A stretch of DNA of 32,000 nt, from NCBI GenBank assembly GCA_965250005.1, contig OZ252279.1, positions 1,950,001 through 1,982,000 on the forward strand, read 5' to 3'. This document shows positions 1 to 7,999 of this stretch, piece by piece. The first letter of the stretch is position 1, and every line of letters begins with the position of its first letter. This DNA is from Demequinaceae bacterium (GTDB lineage: Bacteria; Actinomycetota; Actinomycetes; Actinomycetales; Demequinaceae). Both the position numbers and the translations under genes were made by a program. The notes under the pieces are model-generated. The model saw only the letters and a list, made by a program, of their open reading frames with translations. It ran no database searches and had not been told where the DNA came from.

Positions 1-575
1 AGCGCCCGGATGGCGGCGGGGCCATCGACGTCCCGGAAGATCGCGTTCTCGACCACGAGTCCGGGGATGAGCGCGAAGATGGCCTGCGCGAGTCGCGCGG
101 CGTCAATGTCCGTCGAGACTGCGCCCGTTGACTGGCGGACCCGGATGCTCTCCTCGATCTGCCCCCTGACACTGCCGTAGCCTTCGGAAAGAATTCCGCG
201 CAGGGACTCGTCGCGAGCAGCTTCCGCCCAGATGGCGATGGCCATCGCGCTGAAATCCATGCCTTCCGCCGTCGTTTTGCGGGCAATCCTGCCGGACAGT
301 GCCGCGACCGCCTCAAGCAAGTCGTCGCCGACGGGCTCGGTCAGGGCTTCCGTCGCCATCGCGCCGATCATGGCCATCGCGCGTTTCGCGGAGGCGTGGA
401 TGAGCGCCCGCTTGTTCGGGAAGTAGCGGTAGACCGAGCCGGCCGACATCTTGGATGCCTTGATCACCTGGGCCATGGAGGCGGCGTGGAACCCATCGCG
501 CGCGAAGCACAGCATCGCGGCGCTGAGAATCTGCTCGCGGCGCATTGTGAGGTGCTCGGGAGAGGTCTTCGGCAT
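1..575 (-). CDS. TetR/AcrR-family transcriptional regulator (3' part lies off the left edge of the window)
   Basis: Reverse-strand translation from ATG at 575: MPKTSPEHLTMRREQILSAAMLCFARDGFHAASMAQVIKASKMSAGSVYRYFPNKRA, a canonical TetR N-terminal HTH (AxxxFxxxGF...G.vYRYFpnK). Absent from the ORF track because it has no stop inside the window. Confidence 0.93.
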   Translation of the reverse strand, partial: MPKTSPEHLTMRREQILSAAMLCFARDGFHAASMAQVIKASKMSAGSVYRYFPNKRALIHASAKRAMAMIGAMATEALTEPVGDDLLEAVAALSGRIARKTTAEGMDFSAMAIAIWAEAARDESLRGILSEGYGSVRGQIEESIRVRQSTGAVSTDIDAARLAQAIFALIPGLVVENAIFRDVDGPAAIRA

Positions 576-607
576 GGCTCGAGTATAGAGGTGAATCTAA
601 GAAAAGT

Positions 608-619
608 GAACGTTCGTTC
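608..619. promoter_or_regulatory. Candidate TetR operator GAACG-TT-CGTTC, directly followed by a TTGACA -35-like hexamer (620..625)
   Basis: Gapped inverted repeat gaacgttcgttc in the divergent intergenic region. Confidence 0.45.
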
Positions 620-655
620 TTGACAGATGCGGGCGCGTATGCTCAAGATGTGCGC

Positions 656-1654
656 ATGACACAAACAGCATCGAGCAAAAAGGCCGCAGCAGTGCCCGCG
701 GCGTCCTCCGTCCGCGACGTTGCACGCTTCGTCGCACTCTCGGCCGTCATGGTGACGGTCATTCTCATCGCCTTCGGCTGGCCTTCCACGGCAACCACGC
801 CGCACGATGTCAAGCTCGCGGTAGCGGGTCCCGATGCAGCGGTCGCGCAGGTTGCTGCTTCCCTCGAGGCGAGCCAGCCCGGCGTCTTCGAGGTTGTGGC
901 CGCATCCTCGGCAGCAGACGCTCAGGCGCTCGTCGAGGAGCGTGACGCCGCTGGCGCGATCGTCCTCGGAGCCTCCGGCCCGGAGTCCGTCATCGTCGCG
1001 TCATACGCGTCGCCTGCTTTGTCGCAGGTAATCCAAGGGGTCGCGAACGGCATCGCGAGCGTCGGCGCGCCCAGCGCGGCGCTTCCGGTGACGGACGTCG
1101 CACCCCTGCCCGAGTCTGACCCGCGCGGCTTCGGCATCCCGATTTCCGCACTGCCCCTCGCCATTGCCGGAATCGCGATCGGCGCGGCCTTTGCCATGCA
1201 GATCAATGGCACCCGCCAGCGCCTGCTGGGAGCGTCTGCGGCGGCTGCCCTCGCTGGCGTCGGGATCGTCTCGGTGCTGCACGGCTGGTTCGGAACGTTC
1301 TCCGGGAACCTGATGGCCGAATACGGGCTGGTGGTTCTCGGAATCCTTGCGACCGCGTTCGCGATCATCGGCTTCCACAGACTGATCGGCGTCGCTGGCG
1401 TCGGTGTCGTCGCCGCGGCCGTGATGCTGCTTGGCACCCCGATTTCGGGAGCGGGCACGGCGCCGCAAATGGTCCCGGCTGGTTGGGCCGAGCTCGGCCA
1501 GGCGCTTCCCCCCGGCGCGATCACCGCGGGGATTCGTTCTGTGGCAGGGTTCGACGGCGTGGGGGCGACCGGACCGATTCTGGTTCTCAGCGCGTGGGCG
1601 CTGGTCGGCCTCGCGCTCGCGCTGGTCGGCGCGAGGCGGGCGTCCGCCAGGTAG
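656..1654 (+). CDS. Putative multi-TM membrane protein, ABC-2/YhgE-like permease
   Basis: ORF 620..1654; likely start is the internal ATG at 656 (MTQTASSKKAA...). One N-terminal TM, an extracytoplasmic domain, then several TM segments. Divergent from the TetR gene. Confidence 0.7.
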   Translation: MTQTASSKKAAAVPAASSVRDVARFVALSAVMVTVILIAFGWPSTATTPHDVKLAVAGPDAAVAQVAASLEASQPGVFEVVAASSAADAQALVEERDAAGAIVLGASGPESVIVASYASPALSQVIQGVANGIASVGAPSAALPVTDVAPLPESDPRGFGIPISALPLAIAGIAIGAAFAMQINGTRQRLLGASAAAALAGVGIVSVLHGWFGTFSGNLMAEYGLVVLGILATAFAIIGFHRLIGVAGVGVVAAAVMLLGTPISGAGTAPQMVPAGWAELGQALPPGAITAGIRSVAGFDGVGATGPILVLSAWALVGLALALVGARRASAR

Positions 1655-1734
1655 CTACGTTGAGGTTCCGCGAGGGAGCGGGAAGCCGTCTTCCTCGCGG
1701 AAGCCCGCGTTAGCGGTAGGTCTTCATCGAATAG

Positions 1735-1765
1735 TCTGGCGGGAATCAATTGACTCCCGTCCAGA
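1735..1765. promoter_or_regulatory. Long inverted repeat TCTGG-CGGGAaTCAATTGAcTCCCG-t-CCAGA upstream of the rhodanese lipoprotein
   Basis: The 20-bp core at 1740..1759 has 9/10 paired positions, flanked by TCTGG/CCAGA arms with a 1-nt offset. Confidence 0.5.
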
Positions 1766-1772
1766 ACCGGAG

Positions 1773-2204
1773 ATGAACATGAATTCAGTCGCACCCACAT
1801 CCGCTAGGGCACTGCTGGTCGCCGCGCTAGCGCTCGCACTCGCTGGCTGCGCGCCCGCTGAGTCCGAGCCACCCGCAGCCTTCGACGGATCTCACGTCGG
1901 TGTCGAGGCGTGGGCGGCTGCGGCAGAACAGCCAGGAGTCGTCGTTCTCGATGTGCGCACCCCGGAGGAATTCGCCGAAGGTCACATCGACGGCGCTGTG
2001 CTGGTGAACCTCAATTCGGGTCAGTTCGACACCGAGGTGGCCACGCTCAATCCCAGCCTCGAGTACGCCGTCTACTGCCGCAGTGGGAACCGGTCGCGCG
2101 CGGCGATCAACGTCATGACTGCGCTCGGCTTCAACTCGACCGTAGGGCTCGAGGGTGGGATTAGCGCGTGGACCTCGTCAGGTCGCGAGACTGTCGCGCC
2201 ATAG
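1773..2204 (+). CDS. Rhodanese-like domain lipoprotein
   Basis: Within ORF 1431..2204 the ATG at 1773 gives MNMNSVAPTSARALLVAALALALAGCAPAE... (lipobox LAGC), then VVVLDVRTPEEFAEGHIDGAVLVNL...YAVYCRSGNRSRAA, the rhodanese active-site loop with catalytic Cys. Confidence 0.9.
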   Translation: MNMNSVAPTSARALLVAALALALAGCAPAESEPPAAFDGSHVGVEAWAAAAEQPGVVVLDVRTPEEFAEGHIDGAVLVNLNSGQFDTEVATLNPSLEYAVYCRSGNRSRAAINVMTALGFNSTVGLEGGISAWTSSGRETVAP

Positions 2205-2244
2205 ATGCCAACCTCGGCACGCGAGCCCTGGACGCGCGACCGTC

Positions 2245-3246
2245 CTACTTCTTGGGCGCGGGCTCCGGCATTAGCAGCGTGCGCTTGGCCAAAGCTCCAA
2301 CCGTCCGCACCAGCACGGTTCCCACGACTGTCGTCAGCACCGCGAGCGACACGATGCCAAACCACTTGCACACCTCACATGAGTCTGCGGCGTACGCTGC
2401 GAGCAGCGCGCCTGTGAGCGCCGCGAGCGGGAAGGTATAGGCCCAAGCCGACGGCCCGAACGGCGCCTTCAACAGATCCGGGACCTGAGACAGCAGCAGC
2501 ACACCCTGGAATACCGCGACGCTGAGTAGGATGGTCGCGACAGGGTCGCCCCACTGGCCCGCGACAGCAACCCAGGCGGCTGCACCAACGGCGGGCGGTG
2601 CGATGAGAATCGCGAGGGTTGGCCAGAGCATCGGCGGCAGGGGATCAGATGCAACCAGGCGCGTCAGCACCATGGGGAATAGCGCGAGCCAGTACACGAT
2701 TCCCACGCCGAAGAAGTACCAGGTCAATACCTCCGGCGCGTAGTTGACGCCTGCGATGGGAGCGACGATGTTGCCGACGGCCGGGATAAACCAACCGGGG
2801 TGAATGTGGGCGGCCGAAAACTGACTGCCGCCAATCCAGGCGCGGACGATTCCGACCGTGAGAATCGCTTGACCGCTGGCGCCGGCCCACCACAGGACTT
2901 CGGCTAGTGCGGGTGCCTCGGCATGCAGGGCCATGGCGAGGACGAGCATCGCGATGGTGATGGTGGGGACGAACGCCATCTTGACGGGGTGCGCCCATTC
3001 TGCCCTGACCGCGTCGAAGTGGCGGATGGCCTTGGCAAGGTATGCGACCGTGAGCACGGCGAAGGCGGCTAGGGCGAACCAGGCGAGAACGGTAGCGACG
3101 CTCTCGCGGGTGTTGATGGCTTGGGCCGACCACCGCCACGCGACGGATGTCCCCGCTAGGCCCATGATGGCGCCGAACAGCGAGACTGGAAGGAGTGCGA
3201 GCGCTTTCACAGCTGGCACGCCGGTGGTCTTTGCCTTCGCTGCCAT
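2245..3246 (-). CDS. SLAC1/TehA-Mae1 (TDT) family anion/dicarboxylate transporter
   Basis: 333-aa ~10-TM protein with FGAIMGLAGTSVAWR N-terminus and HIHPGWFIPAVGNIVAP / TWYFFGVGIVYWLALFPMVLTRL motifs typical of the family. Confidence 0.82.
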   Translation of the reverse strand: MAAKAKTTGVPAVKALALLPVSLFGAIMGLAGTSVAWRWSAQAINTRESVATVLAWFALAAFAVLTVAYLAKAIRHFDAVRAEWAHPVKMAFVPTITIAMLVLAMALHAEAPALAEVLWWAGASGQAILTVGIVRAWIGGSQFSAAHIHPGWFIPAVGNIVAPIAGVNYAPEVLTWYFFGVGIVYWLALFPMVLTRLVASDPLPPMLWPTLAILIAPPAVGAAAWVAVAGQWGDPVATILLSVAVFQGVLLLSQVPDLLKAPFGPSAWAYTFPLAALTGALLAAYAADSCEVCKWFGIVSLAVLTTVVGTVLVRTVGALAKRTLLMPEPAPKK

Positions 3247-3306
3247 GGATTTCTCCTCTATCGACCTGAGCGGCGCTTGGCGCCTACGGTCGCATCTTGG
3301 CGCCGC

Positions 3307-4767
3307 CTAGTCGTTAGCGTATTCCTTGATGGCAGCGAGTAGTTCGCTCAGGCCCTTCTTTGCGTCTGAAAGGAACATGCCCGTCTTCGGATCCGTGTAG
3401 AGCTCGTTGTCGAGTCCCGCGTACCCGTGGCCCAGCGAGCGCTTCATGACCACGATCGAGCGCGATTTGTCGACGTCGAGGATCGGCATTCCGGAGATGC
3501 CATTGCCTGGCCTGCGCGCGGCCGGGTTCGTGACGTCGTTCGCGCCAATGACAACCGCGATGTCGCACGAGTCGAACTCAGGGTTGATCTCGTCCATCTC
3601 CTTGAGCTGCGTGTACGGGACGTCGGCTTCGGCGAGCAGCACGTTCATGTGGCCAGGCATGCGTCCTGCGACCGGGTGGATTGCGTAGTACACGGTGATG
3701 CCCTTGGCCTCGAGCACGTTGCCGAGCTCTCCGGCCTCGCGCTGCGCCTGTGCGGCCGCGAGCCCATAGCCGGGGACGATGATGACCTTCTGCGCGTACG
3801 CGAGCTGAATCGCCACGTCTTCTGCCGTCACCAGATGGACGTCGCCTCGCTCCCCGGGGCCGGCGTCATCGCTGTTGTCTCCCGTGCCGAATCCGCCAAC
3901 CATGATCGCCATGATGGACCGGTTCATGGCGTCGGCCATGAGCTTGGTGAGGATGCTTCCCGACGCGCCAACGAGCGCTCCGGCGATGATCATGATGTCG
4001 TTGTCGACCACGAAGCCGGCCATCGCGACCGCAAGTCCGGTGAAGGCGTTGAGCAGCGAAACCACCACGGGCATGTCTGCGCCACCGATCGGTAGCACCA
4101 TGAGGATGCCGAACGCGAGTGACGCTGCGGCGAGCGCGAGCAGCGGAGCGAGACCGGGGTCGAGCACTAGCCACACGGTCGATCCAAAGCCCACCAATGC
4201 GCTGAGTAGCGTCAGTAGCCGCGAGCCTGGGAACGTGAGCGGCTGTCCGGGCACCCAACTCTGCAGCTTGCCCGCAGCGATGAGCGAACCCGAGAACGTC
4301 ACGGAGCCGATGAGGATGTCCAGGCCCACGGGGACGGTGAAGGCCGCGTCGAGCGCGGCAGCGTCCCCGCCGATGATCGCGAGGATGTCGAGCCGATGCA
4401 TGAGGTCGACGACGGCCACGAGCGCGGCCGCGCCGCCACCAACGGCGTTGAAAACGGACACCAATTGGGGCATGTCTGTCATCTGAATCTTGCGCGCCGA
4501 CACGAGCCCGGCGAGCGAACCGACGAGCGTTCCGGCGCCCAGTGAGATCCACCCCCACGTGCTCACTTGGAAGGTGTCGCTGCTATTGACGGCGAGCAGG
4601 GCGACGGTTGCGCCTACTGCCGCGGCCATTCCGGCTGCGGAGAGCAGGTTGCCGCGCCGCGCGGTCCGGGGCGAGCGCATGAAGTGCAGGCCGAGCACAA
4701 AACTGACGGCTGCGGCCAAGTAGATCAGGCGGACCACCACGTCGAGTGTGGTCAGGTCGGCGCTCAC
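3307..4767 (-). CDS. pntB: NAD(P)(+) transhydrogenase, beta subunit
   Basis: 486 aa; IVPGYGLAAAQAQREAGELGNVLEAKGITVYYAIHPVAGRMPGHMNVLLAEADVPY and VVIGANDVTNPAA...GMPILDVDKSRSIVVMKRSLGHGYAG...NELYTDPKTGMFLSDAKK are hallmark PntB domain III motifs. Confidence 0.97.
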   Translation of the reverse strand: MSADLTTLDVVVRLIYLAAAVSFVLGLHFMRSPRTARRGNLLSAAGMAAAVGATVALLAVNSSDTFQVSTWGWISLGAGTLVGSLAGLVSARKIQMTDMPQLVSVFNAVGGGAAALVAVVDLMHRLDILAIIGGDAAALDAAFTVPVGLDILIGSVTFSGSLIAAGKLQSWVPGQPLTFPGSRLLTLLSALVGFGSTVWLVLDPGLAPLLALAAASLAFGILMVLPIGGADMPVVVSLLNAFTGLAVAMAGFVVDNDIMIIAGALVGASGSILTKLMADAMNRSIMAIMVGGFGTGDNSDDAGPGERGDVHLVTAEDVAIQLAYAQKVIIVPGYGLAAAQAQREAGELGNVLEAKGITVYYAIHPVAGRMPGHMNVLLAEADVPYTQLKEMDEINPEFDSCDIAVVIGANDVTNPAARRPGNGISGMPILDVDKSRSIVVMKRSLGHGYAGLDNELYTDPKTGMFLSDAKKGLSELLAAIKEYAND

Positions 4768-5072
4768 TTGGAGGCCTCCTCAGTGGGCTTGGGCCTTGCT
4801 TTGAACATCCCGAGCATGCGGTCGGTGACCACGTAGCCGCCCACCACGTTCATGGCCGCAAACGCGGCAGCGAAGAACGCGAGCGCGTAGCCCCACGGGT
4901 TGTCTGCGAGCCCAGCGATCAGGATCGCGCCCACCAGCACCACGCCGTGAATGGAGTTAGCGCCAGACATCATGGGCGTGTGCAAGGTCGCCGGAATCTT
5001 GGAGATCACCTCGAAGCCCACTAGCAGTGCGAGCACGAACAGGCTCAGGTCCGTCAGCAATTCGCCAGTCAC
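4764..5072 (-). CDS. pntA: NAD(P) transhydrogenase subunit alpha, C-terminal membrane part
   Basis: 102 aa; GFEVISKIPATLHTPMMSGANSIHGVVLVGAI motif. Overlaps the pntB start (ATGA-type) and follows the N-terminal subunit gene. Confidence 0.95.
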   Translation of the reverse strand: MTGELLTDLSLFVLALLVGFEVISKIPATLHTPMMSGANSIHGVVLVGAILIAGLADNPWGYALAFFAAAFAAMNVVGGYVVTDRMLGMFKARPKPTEEASK

Positions 5073-6196
5073 GATGCAGTTCCCTTCGCAGACTTCTTGG
5101 CAGGTGGCCGGATCCAGATGGCGTCAACCACCTCGTCCTCCGGGTCCAGGACTATCTCGCCTTCGTGCACGACAGAAGTAAGAACCGCGACGACGTTTCG
5201 CGAGTATGCGGCCGATGCGCCCGACGCGATTCCCGACTCAATGTTCCCGGCGCCAAAAATGGAGATGCCGTTCTTGGTCTCGACGAGAGTGTCGGGGTTG
5301 GAGCCCTCGACGTTCCCTCCCAGCGAACTCGACGCAAGGTCGATGATGATGGAGCCGGGGGCCATTGCTGCGACCGTGTCCTTGGTCACGAGCAGCGGGG
5401 GCTTGCGGCCTGGGACTTTGGCGGTGGCGATAACCACGTCGAACTTGGCGATCTTCTTGGCGAGTGCCTCACGCTGCTCGGCGGCCTCTGCCTTGGTGAG
5501 CTCGCGCGCGTAGCCGCCGTCACCGGCGCCGTCTTCGACTCCGGCGGACAGGAACTGCGCGCCAAGCGACAACACCTCCTCGCGAGCGGAGGGGCGGACG
5601 TCGTATCCGGAGACCTGCGCGCCAAGGCGCCTTGCGGTGCCGATCGCCTGGAGGCCGGCGACGCCAGCGCCAAGGACCAGAACGGTCGCGGGCCGGGCTG
5701 TCCCCGCTGCGGTAATCATCATGGGGAAGTACCGGTCGAAGGCCTCTGCCGCAACCAGCGCGGCGCGGTAGCCAGCGATCGAGGACTGGGAGCTGAGGGC
5801 ATCCATGGTCTGCGCGCGAGACAGTTTGCGGGGCAGCCGGTGCAGGCAAAGCGGGAGCACGCCGCGCTTGGCGGCTGCGTCGAGGCTCGCAGTGTCGGTC
5901 ATCGAGTCGAGCAGGCCGATGAGCGCCTGGCCGGGCCGCAGTTGCTTGAGGACAGCGAGCTCGGGGCGGCGCACGGATAGAATCACGTCCGCCTTCTTGA
6001 TAGCTGTGGCGGCCGTGACCACGGCGGCACCCGCCGCCTTGTAGTCGGCATCAAGGTGGTGCGCCTGCTCGCCCGCACCGGCTTCGATCAGGACGGAGTA
6101 ACCGTCCTTGACAAGTTTGGCGGCGACTTCGGGGACCATGGCGACGCGCCGTTCTCCGCGGGCACGCTCCTTTAGGGCAGCGACTGCTACAGGCAT
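5069..6196 (-). CDS. pntA: NAD(P) transhydrogenase subunit alpha, N-terminal NAD-binding part
   Basis: ORF 5069..6478; likely start ATG at 6196 (MPVAVAALKERARGERRVAMVPEVAAKLVKDGYSVLIEAGAG). VLVLGAGVAGLQAIGTARRLGAQVSGYDVRP and VITTAKVPGRKPP-like motifs. Confidence 0.95.
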   Translation of the reverse strand: MPVAVAALKERARGERRVAMVPEVAAKLVKDGYSVLIEAGAGEQAHHLDADYKAAGAAVVTAATAIKKADVILSVRRPELAVLKQLRPGQALIGLLDSMTDTASLDAAAKRGVLPLCLHRLPRKLSRAQTMDALSSQSSIAGYRAALVAAEAFDRYFPMMITAAGTARPATVLVLGAGVAGLQAIGTARRLGAQVSGYDVRPSAREEVLSLGAQFLSAGVEDGAGDGGYARELTKAEAAEQREALAKKIAKFDVVIATAKVPGRKPPLLVTKDTVAAMAPGSIIIDLASSSLGGNVEGSNPDTLVETKNGISIFGAGNIESGIASGASAAYSRNVVAVLTSVVHEGEIVLDPEDEVVDAIWIRPPAKKSAKGTAS

Positions 6197-6258
6197 AGGC
6201 GTCTCCTTTGAGTCTTTGCTTCTATGAGTATGGTCCATTGCGAACCATCGAAATCGAC

Positions 6259-6272
6259 GTGACCTAGGTCCC
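6259..6272. promoter_or_regulatory. Palindromic site gtGACCTAGGTCcc in the divergent pntA/MFS intergenic region (candidate DevR/DosR-like box)
   Basis: Perfect 10-bp palindrome GACCTAGGTC (6261..6270); 11/14 match by eye to GGGACTWWAGTCCC. Confidence 0.4.
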
Positions 6273-6322
6273 GCAACCGAGAGCGGCGTCGGCTTCAGGA
6301 TTGGGGCGACGAAAGGAACTCC

Positions 6323-7696
6323 ATGAGCATTCTCGACCGCGCCCACACAGTGGCGCCGGCCGGCTACAACCGGTGGCTCGTGCCACCTGCCGCGCTCGCG
6401 GTCCACCTGTCCATCGGCCAGGTGTACGCACTCAGCGTCTTCAAGGACGCGTTGCGCGACCGCTTTGACGCGAGCCACACGCAGATCGGTGTCATCTTCT
6501 CGATCGCGATCGTGATGCTCGGCTTGTCCGCGGCGTTCGGCGGGCGGTGGATGGAGCGCAACGGTCCGCGCAAGGCCATGGTGCTCGCGGCGATCGCGTG
6601 GTCAAGTGGCTTTGCCGTCGGCTCGCTTGGCATCTTCACCGAGCAGCTGTGGCTCGTCTATTTGGGCTACGGCTTCATCGGCGGCATCGGCCTCGGCATC
6701 GGCTACATCTCGCCGGTGTCGACGCTCATCAAGTGGTTCCCAGACCGCCCCGGCCTGGCGACTGGACTCGCGATTATGGGATTCGGTGGCGGCGCGATGC
6801 TCGCGTCACCGCTGTCGAGCAAACTGCTTGAGGTCTACGCCGACACTGAGGCCGCCGCGCTCGTTCCGGCGTGGCTCACCATGGGCGCGATCTATCTGGT
6901 GCTGATGCTGCTGGGTGCCGCCGTGGTTCGCGTGCCGCCCAAGGGCTGGAAGCCCGCGGGGTGGGAGCCCAAGCCCAACGCCAAGGTGCTGTCTACCGGC
7001 GGGCAGGTGAACGCGAAGAACGCCATCAGGACTCCGCAGTTCTGGTTCCTGTGGACGGTGCTCTTCTGCAACGTGACCGCAGGCATCGGCATTCTCGAGA
7101 ACGCGAAGCCAATGATCCAGGACTACTACCCAGAGGTGACTGCCGCGGCAGCCGCCGGGTTCGTAGGGGTGCTGTCGCTCGCGAACATGCTCGGGCGCCT
7201 GGGCTGGTCCAGTCTGTCCGACTTCATCGGCCGCAAGCGCACGTACATCATGTACTTGGGCCTTGGCGCCCTGCTGTACACGTCCGTCGCGTTCTTCGGG
7301 CCGACGTCCATCGCGCTGTTCGTGATTCTGGTGGTCGTGATCCTCAGCTACTACGGCGGTGGATTCGCGACCGTCCCGGCCTACCTCAAGGACGTGTTCG
7401 GGGAGTTTGAGGTGGGGGCCATCCACGGCCGCCTCCTCACCGCGTGGTCCGCGGCTGGAGTCGCCGGACCGCTCATCATCAACGGGGTGCTTGACTACCT
7501 CGAGGGCCAGGGCTACGAGGGCGCAGCACTCTATCGCCCGTCGCTGCTCGTGATGGTCGGCATCCTGTTCATCGGCTTCATCGCGAACCTGATGATCAAG
7601 AAGGTGGATCCCAAGTTCCTCGAGGACGACACCGAGCCTGGAGATCCCCGAGACACGGACGCCGCACTCGTGGCAGCGAAGATTGGAGCCAAGTAA
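6323..7696 (+). CDS. OFA (oxalate/formate antiporter)-type MFS transporter
   Basis: 457 aa, 12 TM; LSIGQVYALSVFKDALRDRF...QIGVIFSIAIVMLGLSAAFGG and NVTAGIGILENAKPMIQDYY...GFVGVLSLANMLGRLGWSSLSDFIGRK motifs; SD ggaac before ATG. Confidence 0.93.
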   Translation: MSILDRAHTVAPAGYNRWLVPPAALAVHLSIGQVYALSVFKDALRDRFDASHTQIGVIFSIAIVMLGLSAAFGGRWMERNGPRKAMVLAAIAWSSGFAVGSLGIFTEQLWLVYLGYGFIGGIGLGIGYISPVSTLIKWFPDRPGLATGLAIMGFGGGAMLASPLSSKLLEVYADTEAAALVPAWLTMGAIYLVLMLLGAAVVRVPPKGWKPAGWEPKPNAKVLSTGGQVNAKNAIRTPQFWFLWTVLFCNVTAGIGILENAKPMIQDYYPEVTAAAAAGFVGVLSLANMLGRLGWSSLSDFIGRKRTYIMYLGLGALLYTSVAFFGPTSIALFVILVVVILSYYGGGFATVPAYLKDVFGEFEVGAIHGRLLTAWSAAGVAGPLIINGVLDYLEGQGYEGAALYRPSLLVMVGILFIGFIANLMIKKVDPKFLEDDTEPGDPRDTDAALVAAKIGAK

Positions 7697-7812
7697 TGGC
7701 GAAGTTCAAGGCACACCCTCTCGCGTGGGTCCTGTGGGTCGTCGTGGGCAGCGCCCTGATCTACGGAGTGAGCCAGACAGCGATTAAGGCGGCCGCCCTC
7801 TTCACGGGCTAG
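7696..7812 (+). CDS. 38-aa single-TM microprotein (MFS transporter small-subunit-like)
   Basis: Not in the ORF track (too short). ATG overlaps the MFS stop (TAATG). Translation MAKFKAHPLAWVLWVVVGSALIYGVSQTAIKAAALFTG*; GGAG seven nt upstream. Confidence 0.8.
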   Translation: MAKFKAHPLAWVLWVVVGSALIYGVSQTAIKAAALFTG

Positions 7813-7957
7813 CCGCTGCGCGCACGAGCCGGGCCCCGGGGAGTTGCCATGAGGTGTGCTCTCTGGGGCGTTTCGCGTTCCGACCAAGACCGAGAGAGTC
7901 GTGGCGGTGCTTCGACGCTCATGGTCAGTGAACGACCCGCTCGGCTGCGCGGTTCTT

Positions 7958-7999
7958 GGGCCGATAGTCCTGGGCCGATAGTCCTGGGACGTTGGCCCG
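7958..7999. promoter_or_regulatory. Three tandem 14-bp boxes upstream of adhE (candidate DevR/DosR-like binding array)
   Basis: GGGCCGATAGTCCT (7958..7971), GGGCCGATAGTCCT (7972..7985), GGGACGTTGGCCCG (7986..7999); each is close to GGGNCNNNNGNCCC. Confidence 0.5.

Noticed and set aside
922-1800. 292-aa minus-strand ORF antisense to the permease gene
   Set aside because: Low-complexity Ala/Pro/Ser/Thr shadow frame with no family motif; the plus-strand frame has clear TM pattern. Typical high-GC antisense artefact.
3427-4723. Several plus-strand ORFs (222, 203, 77 aa) opposite pntB
   Set aside because: All lie inside the confidently identified pntB coding sequence.
5027-5980. 317-aa plus-strand ORF opposite pntA
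   Set aside because: The minus-strand frame is unmistakable PntA; the plus-strand translation has no recognisable domain.
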